A DNA stretch of 64,000 nucleotides from Macrostomum lignano (lineage: Eukaryota): contig NIVC01002902.1 in NCBI GenBank assembly GCA_002269645.1, forward strand, positions 62,001-126,000, in the 5' to 3' direction. Each line of letters begins with the position of its first letter. The first letter of the stretch is position 1. The notes below the pieces were generated by a model, which was given only the letters and a program-made list of their open reading frames with translations, made no database searches and was not told where the DNA came from. Shown here piece by piece: positions 23,020 to 34,263 of this stretch. The position numbers were made by a program, and so were the translations under genes.

Positions 23020-26000
23020 TTGGGGCGCTTCTACTCGTATAGTGACTCTGGGGCGCTTCTACTCGTATAGTGACTCACTCTGGGGCGCTTCTACTCGTAT
23101 AGTGACTCACTCTGGGGCGCTTCTACTCGTATAGTGACTCACTCTGGGGCGCTTCTACTCGTATAGTGACTCACTCTGGGCGCTTCTACTCGTATAGTGA
23201 CTCACTCTGGGGCGCTTATACTCGTATAGTGACTCACTCTGGGGCGCTTCTACTCGTATAGTGACTCACTCTGGGGCGCTTCTACTCGTATAGTGACTCA
23301 CTCTGGGGCGCTTATACTCGTATAGTGACTCACTCTGGGGCGCTTCTACTCGTATAGTGACTCTGGGGCGCTTCTACTCGTATAGTGACTCTGGGGCGCT
23401 TCTACTCGTATAGTGACTCACTCTGGGGCGCTTCTACTCGTATAGTGACTCTGGGGCGCTTCTACTCGTATAGTGACTCACTCTGGGGCGCTTCTACTCG
23501 TATAGTGACTCTGGGGCGCTTCTACTCGTATAGTGATTCTGGGGCGCTTCTACTCGTATAGTGACTCACTCTGGGGCGCTTATACTCGTATAGTGACTCA
23601 CTCTGGGGCGCTTCTACTCGTATAGTGACTCACTCTGGGGCGCTTCTACTCGTATAGTGACTCACTCTGGGGCGCTTCTACTCGTATAGTGACTCACTCT
23701 GGGGCGCTTCTACTCGTATAGTGACTCACTCTGGGGCGCTTCTACTCGTATAGTGACTCTGGGGCGCTTCTACTCGTATAGTGACTCACTCTGGGGCGCT
23801 TCTACTCGTATAGTGACTCACTCTGGGGCGCTTCTACTCGTATAGTGACTTTGGGGTGCTTCTACTCGTATAGTGACTCACTCTGGGGCACTTCTACTCG
23901 TAAAGTGACTCTGGGGCGCTTCTACTCGTATAGTGACTCACTCTAGGGCACTTCTACTCGTATAGTGACTCTGGGGCGCTTCTACTCGTATAGTGACTCA
24001 CTCTGGGGCGCTTCTACTCGTATAGTGACTCACTCTGGGGCGCTTCTACTCGTATAGTGACTCTGGGGCGCTTCTACTCGTATAGAGACTCACTCTGGGG
24101 CGCTTCTACTCGTATAGTGACTCTGGGCGCTTCTACTCGTATAGTGACTCTGGGGCGCTTCTACTCGTATAGTGACTCACTCTGGGGCGCTTCTACTCGT
24201 ATAGAGACTCTGGGGCGCTTTCTACTCGTATAGTGACTTTGGGGCGCTTCTACTCGTATAGAGACTCACTCTGGGGCGCTTCTACTCGTATAGTGACTCA
24301 CTCTGGGGCGCTTCTACTCGTATAGTGACTCTGGGGCGCTTCTACTCGTATAGTGACTCTGGGGCGCTTCTACTCGTATGGTGACTCTGGGGCGCTTCTA
24401 CTCGTATAGTGACTCACTCTGGGGCGCTTCTACTCGTATAGTGACTCTGGGGCGCTTCTACTCGTATAGTGATTCTGGGGCGCTTCTACTCGTATAGTGA
24501 CTCACTCTGGGGCGCTTCTACTCGTATAGTGACTCTGGGGCGCTTCTACTCGTATAGTGATTCTGGGGCGCTTCTACTCGTATAGTGACTCACTCTGGGG
24601 CGCTTATACTCGTATAGTGACTCACTCTGGGGCGCTTCTACTCGTATAGTGACTCACTCTGGGGCGCTTCTACTCGTATAGTGACTCACTCTGGGGCGCT
24701 TCTACTCGTATAGTGACTCACTCTGGGGCGCTTCTACTCGTATAGTGACTCACTCTGGGGCGCTTCTACTCGTATAGTGACTCTGGGGCGCTTCTACTCG
24801 TATAGTGACTCACTCTGGGGCGCTTCTACTCGTATAGTGACTCACTCTGGGGCGCTTCTACTCGTATAGTGACTTTGGGGTGCTTCTACTCGTATAGTGA
24901 CTCACTCTGGGGCACTTCTACTCGTAAAGTGACTCTGGGGCGCTTCTACTCGTATAGTGACTCACTCTAGGGCACTTCTACTCGTATAGTGACTCTGGGG
25001 CGCTTCTACTCGTATAGTGACTCACTCTGGGGCGCTTCTACTCGTATAGTGACTCACTCTGGGGCGCTTCTACTCGTATAGTGACTCTGGGGCGCTTCTA
25101 CTCGTATAGAGACTCACTCTGGGGCGCTTCTACTCGTATAGTGACTCTGGGGCGCTTCTACTCGTATAGTGACTCTGGGGCGCTTCTACTCGTATAGTGA
25201 CTCACTCTGGGGCGCTTCTACTCGTATAGAGACTCTGGGGCGCTTTCTACTCGTATAGTGACTTTGGGGCGCTTCTACTCGTATAGAGACTCACTCTGGG
25301 GCGCTTCTACTCGTATAGTGACTCACTCTGGGGCGCTTCTACTCGTATAGTGACTCTGGGGCGCTTCTACTCGTATAGTGACTCTGGGGCGCTTCTACTC
25401 GTATGGTGACTCTGGGGCGCTTCTACTCGTATAGTGACTCACTCTGGGGCGCTTCTACTCGTATAGTGACTCTGGGGCGCTTCTACTCGTATAGTGATTC
25501 TGGGGCGCTTCTACTCGTATAGTGACTCACTCTGGGGCGCTTCTACTCGTATAGTGACTCACTCTGGGGCGCTTCTACTCGTATAGTGACTCACTCTGGG
25601 GCGCTTCTACTCGTATAGTGACTCACTCTGGGGCGCTTCTACTCGTATAGTGACTCTGGGGTGCTTCTACTCGTATAGTGACTCACTCTGGGGCACTTCT
25701 ACTCGTAAAGTGACTCTGGGGCGCTTCTACTCGTATAGTGACTCACTCTAGGGCACTTCTACTCGTATAGTGACTCTGGGGCGCTTCTACTCGTATAGTG
25801 ACTCACTCTAGGGCACTTCTACTCGTATAGTGACTCTGGGGCGCTTCTACTCGTATAGTGACTCTGGGGCGCTTCTACTCGTATAGTGACTCTGGGGCGC
25901 TTCTACTCGTATAGTGACTCTGGGGCGCTTCTACTCGTATGGTGACTCTGGGGCGCTTCTACTCGTATAGAGACTCACTCTGGGGCGCTTCTACTCGTAT

Positions 26001-26522
26001 AGTGACTCTGGGGCGCTTCTACTCGTATAGTGACTCTGGGGCGCTTCTACTCGTATGGTGACTCTGGGGCGCTTCTACTCGTATAGAGACTCACTCTGGG
26101 GCGCTTCTACTCGTATAGTGACTCTGGGGCGCTTCTACTCGTATAGTGACTCTGGGGCGCTTCTACTCGCATAGAGACTCACTCTGGGGCGCTTCTACTC
26201 GTATAGTGACTCACTCTGGGGCGCTTCTACTCGTATAGTGACTCACTCTGGGGCGCTTCTACTCGTATAGAGACTATGGGGCGCTTCTACTCGTATAGTG
26301 ACTCACTCTGGGGCGCTTCTACTCGTATAGAGACTCTGGGGCGCTTCTACTCGTATAGTGACTCTGGGGCGCTTCTACTCGTATAGTGACTCACTCTGGG
26401 GCGCTTCTACTCGTATAGAGACTCTGGGGCGCTTCTACTCGTATAGTGACTCTGGGGCGCTTCTACTCGTATAGTGACTCACTCTGGGGCGCTTCTACTC
26501 GTATAGTGACTCACTCTGGGGC
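23020..26522. repeat. 3.5-kb satellite, 28/32-bp units CTCTGGGGCGCTTCTACTCGTATAGTGA(CTCA)
   Basis: More than 100 direct units. Diagnostic variants recur at an offset of 1024 nt (e.g. 23851/24875, 23944/24968). Confidence 0.97.
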
Positions 26523-27240
26523 GCTGCGGTCACTGCGGTTCCGCATGCTCTATCCGAGGAGAACAAGACTGCCCGCATCAATTGTGCCAAGCAAATTCGC
26601 AGGCTTTTTTACAACGAGGGGTGGAAAACTTTTGCGACAAGTACGTGGTGGAAGATGAGACGTGGGTGTACCTGAACAACACTGGCACAAAGCAAAACAA
26701 CTGGTGCTGGCTTGGCCAAGGAGATCATCGGCCCCAGGTTGTCAGGCACTCGGTCGGGAATGCAAAGACAATGCTTCTGGTTGCTTTCACTCCAAGCAAG
26801 CGCTTCTCCATTGAATCCACAGCCCCGAAGCAAACTGTTGATGCAGATGGCATAGTTGAATTCATTCGGCACACGGGAGACCTATGGCGTACTCTGAGGT
26901 CAAAGCCAATTCACCTGTCGGATGTTCTTTGGCAGTGGGACAATGCGCGACCTCACGTAGCCCGTTCTGTGCAGCAGTACGTGGAGTCCCGTGGAGTTCA
27001 GCTGGTGTTTCAGAGTCCTTACAACCCAGACTTCAATCTGTGCGACCGTTTTTTGTTCAGTTGGATGAAGAATGATTTCTCCAGGCGAGTATTCAGCGAC
27101 CACAATGAATTTCGAGAAGCTGCGTTGCAGTGGGCAAGAGGCCTTGACGAAGATTGCTTAAAAAGAGAGGTTCAGCGACTCGTTGACCATTGCCAAGCTG
27201 TAATCAATGCAAGGGGAGATTACATTACCAAGGGGACTTA
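26523..27240 (+). mobile_element. Mariner (D34D) transposase remnant, 5'-truncated and frameshifted
   Basis: PHALSEENK..R (WVPHEL-like), EDETWVY, WDNARPH, and YNPDFNLCD with 34 residues between the last two Asp. Frameshift near 26615. The 5' end abuts the satellite. Confidence 0.9.
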
Positions 27241-28387
27241 CATTTTTTACTTGAAAAGTAGTTGCTATCTGGATACGACTCAGCAAATACATTTTTCTAA
27301 ATACGCCAACCCTCCCGACTGTCTCTGGAACAATGACCCTCTGCTTTCTTCAACTCCTCTTTTAGAGCTCCCATCATATTCTCTTTTAACTTTTAACAGG
27401 ACACTTTTTCTTGGCCCGGCTCTCCGTGGGAAGAATCTGCTGCTGCACTGGTGGGTTGGGGATTCAAAGCCTCACTTGGCCTCAGAGCATCTCTTTCGTC
27501 CGTGATCTCGTCTCTTGGAGAACAAGGACTTTTGGCTTTCCCAATGGGGGAAACAGTAAGCCCAGCACTGTTTGGGCCGATTGCCGGATTAATAGACAAA
27601 TTATACCTGTGCTGTCAGCTTCGAGATAAAATAATCATGGATAAGTCTCATTTTATAGTAACACATTTGGTATTTGAGTCCATGAGGCTGCTGTAAGCCA
27701 ATTTGCTTGACAACTGGAACTGAGGAAACCACGGTAATAAGCTTTTGAGTCAGCAATATGGCAGCAGTTGGCTTGTCTACTCATTCCTTTCTCTATTAGC
27801 TCAGAGCTGCTTGTCTGTGTGAAGTCTTTTGTTACCTTTTGCCTCTCATTACTTGCTTGACTGGCTGAAAACATAGCTTACTCGTATGCGAACCAAGGAC
27901 TACTCAAGCATCTCAAGCAGCGGCAGAAGCCCCCGCACAAGACAACAACAGCTCAAATAATCTATAAGCTACTTGGCTCCTTCTTAGCTTCTAAAACTCA
28001 AAAAACAATGGAATCATGCGGCTGTCACTCAATCCCAACTTCCTCAGCCTCAAGGATCAGCCATTGTGTGAGCAGCTCCTTCACTTAGCTGTGAGGGGCT
28101 CAACAGCAGTGCAGATGCAATGCGTCTCTCTGCAAGCTGCAACTCAAGAAAAACCAATGCTGGTTCGTAAACTGCTGTTCGGTGCATCTTTAGCGGCTGC
28201 AACTCCATCACCGGATGCTGGCAGGCGAACGCGGCCTCGATTCGCGCCCAAGCCCAGAAACGCACCTTAATGACGCTGTTTTAAAAGACCTGACGCATAC
28301 TGTATTGTTTGTATTATTATTGTAGCTTTACAGGCTTTAGGCAACTGCGTGGGCTTTCTGATTACTTGAGTGTTACTGGGCAATTGT

Positions 28388-28702
28388 CATGCATTGGTCA
28401 CTGCAGGCATTGGTCACTGCAGGCATTGGTCACTGCAGGCAATGGTCACTGCAGGTATCGGTCACTGCAGGCATTGGTCACTGCAGGCATTAGTCACTGC
28501 AGACAATGGTCACTGCAGGCAATGGTCACTGCAGGCAATGGTCACTGCAGGCAATGGTCACTGCAGGCAATGGTCACTGCAGGCAATGGTCACTGCAGGC
28601 ATTGGTCACTGCAGGTATCGGTCACTGCAGGCATTGGTCACTGCAGGCATTGGTCACTGCAGGCAATGGTCACTGCAGGCATTGGTCACTGCAGGCAATG
28701 GT
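28388..28702. repeat. 16-bp GGTCACTGCAGGCA(T/A)T minisatellite, copy B (~20 units)
   Basis: Same unit and flanks as 6185..6757. Confidence 0.95.
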
Positions 28703-29597
28703 TTCGCAACCGTTGCTAGAACAGCAGCACTTGAAGAACTATGTTAATACAGTTCCATCAGCACACTTTTTGACCCCTTGCTGATCTTGGATTTCCTTTG
28801 CGTAGCTGGTGCGAAATTAATGACCAACTTTTGTGGTCTTGAACAGCAACTGCAGCAAAACACGTTGCGTGCTTTTGTGCGGCTCACAAGCTTCCTGTTA
28901 CAACTGGGGCAGTCAATCACAAAAGCATGAAACTGAGTAGCCACAGCTTAGATGAAGAGAGTTGCCACCACATTCGATTCAATCACAAGGTTTTACAACC
29001 TATAGCCTCACTAAAATAGGGGTAATTTTGAATGTCGTGTATTTTCGAAACTGAGTTCATGGGACTCTGAAAATAATCGGATGTGTCTGCTGGTGCATCA
29101 TACTGTAATCTCATGGAAAATCTGTACATCAGTCAGGCGATTCGGTGACTCATCGATAGTTGGAACGAGCCGCAGAAGATGGTTTGTAATATTTCCCACA
29201 AGTTTCCAGGCTCAGCTGCAGGATATGAAACAGCTTGAAAAGTGTTTTTAGAGCTCGCGACCAACTGTATTGAGTCTTTACTCTGCAGAGGCTGACTTGC
29301 AGGAGATGCTCAAGAAAATTTTCTGTTATCTGCTTAGATCAGAACTTCCATCTCAAGCGGCATCTTCAAAGCCGATTCTCAGTGCTTGTAAAAAGCGATC
29401 ATTTTTCCAACTGGCAGTATAAAAAGCTAGGAAATGAGAAACAAATGCATTCGCTATCCAATGACAAGCATCCAGTGTGCTGTATCCAATGACAGGGTAG
29501 AAGATAACGATATTAGTGCAAAGTCTGTCTCAAAAGCGCGAAACCTTGAAATGAAATTTGCCAGTTCCGCAGCCTAATGAAAGCATGCGGAGAAGAT

Positions 29598-30383
29598 ATG
29601 CCTTTAGAAACTGTCTTCGCTGTCCATTCTCTGTTGCTCATTTGGCTCTGGAGCTGCATGGCCTCTGCAACTCCGAGTCCGCTGGGTTTTCAGTACATCA
29701 GCTGTTATGTGGACGGTCTCTATAACAGCAACCGAGACTTGCGAGGACTTGAAGGCATTGTCAAGTTCGGTCCGTACGCCACGGAACCGACTGTGCCCGC
29801 CTTTGTGCAGAGGCCGGGCGAGATGACGCTGCAGCTGTGCGCCGACATCTGCAAGTGCGGCCGATTCCGCTACTTCGGGGCTCGGGCGGGCGAGTACTGC
29901 TGCTGCAGGTCGGCCTACGGCTCTATCGGAGCCGCTCCTGACTCCCAGTGCAATTCTCAATGCGCCGGGAATGCATCTCAGGTGTGCGGTGGTGGCTATA
30001 GAAATTCAATCTATGAAATCATCTACCCGAAATGTAAGCGAATGAAATGTTTGTCGGTATGGGTGACTTTGGCTTCGTGCACATGATGGGTTTGAATCGG
30101 GTGGGTATGTTAATAAGCATGAGCTCGTAATATCAAATCACCATGATGCTAACCAGATAAAAACATTTCGAAGAAGCTGGCAGCTGCATCGATGCCCAAC
30201 ATGAGCAGGGCTCAGAGCTCCATCACTCACAGCAGTTTCCCAGCCAGAGTTGAATTCGAGTGCAGCGCCGCCTGCCACAGCAGCCCGAGCTGCCTGGGCA
30301 GCGCCTTCTCGCCATCAGGCCGGATGTGCCGCCTGTCCGAGGAGTTGGCCAGCGAGTTCGAGTACGTCTGGATGAAGCCGTGA
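29598..30383 (+). CDS. Secreted WSC + PAN/apple-like protein 2B (exons 29598-30033, 30157-30383; alternative ATG 29577)
   Basis: Paralogue of 7642..8427 at a constant offset of 21956 with the same splice sites. Confidence 0.88.
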
Positions 30384-31654
30384 GGCTGGGAGCAGCCAGC
30401 AGCTGTCAGAATGGAATCGATTGCAATAATTAGCCAATCAGAACTCTGGGAATGTTGAAGGAACAACTTTAAGCTGACTTTACGCTCGTATTGCTGGATT
30501 GAAACTCTCTCAAAAGACGCAATATTTCTGTTCGTAATGGGTCTGAAGCAGAGTCTTTTTTAAACTCAACGAGGCTGAGAACTATCTGATATCTTTATAT
30601 ATGAATGTATTTTTCATGTGCTCCGTTCTTGAGTATGTCACTCTATCCTACTGACGAGACAGATACAGCTTTTGAGTTGGAGTTCAGAGTTGAGAACCAA
30701 ATTTCTTTTTTAAATTAGTAAGCTGTACTTTAATTTGTTTCTTTTTGAACAACCTGAAACTCAAGGCTTTGTGCTTCTTTTTAAGTGTGCTACAGGTAAA
30801 TCCAGAAATAAACAGATCTACGATTGAAATGCGCTCTGTTCTGAAATATTAACCGTATTAACCGACTCAATGAACTGCTTTCTATGGGCGATTCTTATAG
30901 AAGACGATTGCTCAATGAGTGGCCTCAGTGCATGCTGGTTGACTCGATGGCTACTTGAAACTTCAAGGCCCGCTTGCTCACCTGTATTTAGCGATACTTG
31001 TCTTCAAAAAGGCATTCTATTGGACTGTTTTAAAGAAACTTGCACTAGCTTGGTGCTGTAAAATTGCATTTATATTTTTTAAGGTCCTAATCTGTATAAT
31101 TTACACATTTAACGTATAAAAAACTAAAAAGGACGAAAAACGCGTTTAACAATTGAAGTCGACCAAATTCGACTGAAGTTATAAATTCAACCCAGCGGAT
31201 TCTCAGTTGCCTGAACTGCGCCCGAGAGGAGCAGAGGCGAGAGGCGAGACTGGCCAGAGTGCAGGGTGAGAGAGAAAACTGGCCCAGTTCAACAATGCAT
31301 TTTCTGTACATTTGACCGCCTCCTCAAACCGATGCACTGCGGGACTGAGCAGCATTTTACTCCGCTCAGTGGGCCATTAAATACATTTAAAGATCTCACA
31401 CTGCACTGAGGCACAATGGGTCAGCTCACCCTCATCAAGTACAGCTTGGGGTGGCCGCTGCAGTCCCAGACTCTCCGTTGCCATGCTGGCTGCACAGAGG
31501 CGAAGGCGGCGGACTCAGCGCTCCTGCTTGGGAGAGAAGTTTCGGCTGCTAAGGCCGAGGGTGGTTGGCCTCGCCAGAGGCTGCAAAAGGGAGGGCAGCT
31601 GAGAGATGAGGCGGTAAAATCTTTCTGGCAACCGGCCGAATAAACTTTGAAACA

Positions 31655-32110
31655 CCTGCCACTCTGACAGCAGCCGTGACTGACATCTGCCACTCTGACA
31701 GCAGCCGTGACTGACATCTGCCGCTCTGACAGCAGCCGTGACTGACATCTGCCACTCTGACAGCAGCCGTGACTGACATCTGCCACTCTGACAGCAGCCG
31801 TGACTGACATCTGCCACTCTGACAGCAGCCGTGACTGACATCTGCCACTCTGACAGCAGCCGTGACTGACATCTGCCACTCTGACAGCAGCCGTGACTGA
31901 CATCTGCCGCTCTGACAGCAGCCGTGACTGACATCTGCCACTCTGACAGCAGCAGTGACTGACATCTGCCACTCTGACAGCAGCAGTGACTGACATCTGC
32001 CACTCTGACAGCAGGCGTGACTGACATCTGCCACTCTGACAGCGGCCGTGACTGACATCTGCCACTCTGACAGCAGCCGTGACTGACATCTGCCACACTG
32101 AGAGCAGCCG
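31655..32110. repeat. 31-bp minisatellite, copy B (~14 units)
   Basis: Same unit as 10590..11245. Confidence 0.95.
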
Positions 32111-33889
32111 TTTCTCTTTCTCCATCTCCTCTTTCTCCGTCCCTCTCCCTCCCTTCTTTTTTCTCTGCCTGTTTTCTTTAATCCCCCTTAACTCCACCTT
32201 TTCCCCACTTTCGCCTTCTTTATAGTCCTCCTTTGCACTTTAACACGGTTTTCTGACACAATGGGCCAAAACCAAAGCCGACATCGGGTCGTCACCAGCA
32301 GCGTCACTATACGAACTGCTGCAAGAAATGGTAACTTAAAAGTCGTCAAGTTTCTCGTGTCACAAATCGCTGACCAAGAAAACAGAGATCGCTGCTGCAT
32401 CAACGCTGCCGAATCTGCAGTAAAAAATCGTCAGTGGGAAGTCGTCAAGTTTCTCGTGCCACAAGTCTTTGCTGACCAAGCAAACAGAGATCGCTGCTGC
32501 ATCGAGGCTGCCGAATCTGCTGCAATATTTGATCAGTGGGAAGTCGTCAAGTTTCTCGTGCCACAAGTCGCTGACCAAGCAAACAGAGATCGCTGCTGCA
32601 TCGACGCTGCCGAATCTGCAGTAAAAAATCGTCAGTGGGAAGTCGTCAAGTTTCTCGTGCCACAAGTCGCTGACCAAGCAAACAGAGATCGCTGCTGCAT
32701 CGACGCCGCCAAATCTGCTGCAATAAATGGTCAGTGGAAAGTCGTCAAGTCTCTTATTTCGTGTCTCTCAAGTCCGGAACAGGGAGCGAATCTCCGTTTC
32801 CAATACGCAGTCAAGGCTTGCTCTTGTCTTCGCAAAGATGTCGTAACCTTTCTCGGCCTCGAGCCCGACTGGCTCTTCCAATCCAGCACCATCCTCAGCT
32901 TCACTGCAGCAATGGCCATCGAAGGCAGGAACTCTGTTCTCACTGACACCCTCTCTCGAATGCAGCCAGCTCACATCACACAGCTGCTCCGTCTCTCCAT
33001 CTCTCAAAGACACGTCGCTCTTGCTGTCACACTGATCAATAAAAAGCGAGTCAGAAAAAAGCATGTCGATCTGCCAGACAGCACTGGAGCCACTGCTCTC
33101 ATGCTGGCAGCTGATGCAGGTCATCACGAGCTCATTGAGAAACTCATCGACCTCGGTGCGTCAGTGCGTGCTGAAGACAGTCAGGGTCGGACTGCTCTGT
33201 CACGAGCGTGCGAAGCCGGTCACGTGCGAGCAGCCAAAGCTCTGATGGACAGAGGAGCGGATGCGAGTCATCGAGACGGTCAGGGTTAGACGTGTGCTCA
33301 GGTGGCAGAGCGATTTGAGCAGCGGCAGGTGCTACGGCTGCCGGATCTCAGTGGAGCGGGGTGAGTGCAACGAGAATTTCACAGTTCTTTTCAGTATAGT
33401 ATTGTGTTTTACTTGTGTTTTATTCTTTAGTCTTTAGAAAAGTTCCAAATCCCAAAGACAGGATGAGCAGCCAAGCCCAGTTCGCGCATCTCTTGCTCAC
33501 TGTCTTCTTTCTCTCGGTCATCTGCTGCTGCCCGCCTCTCCCTCCGCTTTTTGATTTTGCTACCTGAAAAAAAGCGTTAGTATCTTTATGAAGCTGCGGA
33601 ACGTGAGCGCGGCAATACGTAACAATATAATATGAGTTTCCGACTTATTAAAGTGATTTTTGCCGCTTAAGAACCTCAGACTCAACTGCTGTGAGAACCC
33701 TGGCTTTCCTATCCGCATTGCAGAAGCCCAGAGGCCGGGCAGGCAGCCGCTCACGGCTTGGATTCAAGGCTTCATCGGTGAGTCTGACCGGTTCGGTTTT
33801 CACTGCCGCATTGCGCCTTCCATCAGGCTGGCAGCTTGGGGCAGAAATTGCAGCGAATCTCAGGAGGGTTGAGATTGGGTTGGACTGAG

Positions 33890-34200
33890 TTCTGCAGCAG
33901 CTGCACTCTCAGCTCTCCTGCTTGAGATGCCAGTCTGAGTGCTGCAGCAGCTGCACTCTCGGCTCTCCTGCTTGAGATGCCAGTCTGGCACTCTCAGCTC
34001 TCCTGCTTGAGATGCCAGTCTGAGTGCTGCAGCAGCTGCACTCTCGGCTCTCCTGCTTGAGATGCCAGTCTGAGTGCTGCAGCAGCTGCACTCTCGGCTC
34101 TCCTGCTTGAGATGCCAGTCTGAGTGCTGCAGCAGCTGCACTCTCAGCTCTCCTGCTTGAGATGCCAGTCTGAGTGCTGCAGCAGCTGCACTCTCAACTC
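33890..34200. repeat. ~50-bp intronic minisatellite, copy B (~6 units)
   Basis: Same unit as 15282..15950. Confidence 0.93.
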
Positions 34201-34263
34201 TCCTGATTGTTTTGTCCAGCCAACCCTGACCAAATCACTCACACGCATCTCGCATCATTCCAG

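Noticed and set aside
23020-26522. CRISPR-like array, or T7-promoter-like words (TATAGTGACTC)
   Set aside because: The units are contiguous with no unique spacers, there are no cas genes and the context is eukaryotic. The resemblance to the T7 promoter is partial and coincidental.
27240-27505. C-terminal extension of the 307-aa mariner ORF
   Set aside because: Similarity to mariner ends near RGDY; the rest is read-through into unrelated flanking DNA.
34124-34263. N-terminal extension of the NTase ORF in copy B (MLQQLHSQLSC...)
   Set aside because: Lies in the intronic 50-bp minisatellite upstream of the CAG acceptor at 34263 and is not conserved in frame in copy A.
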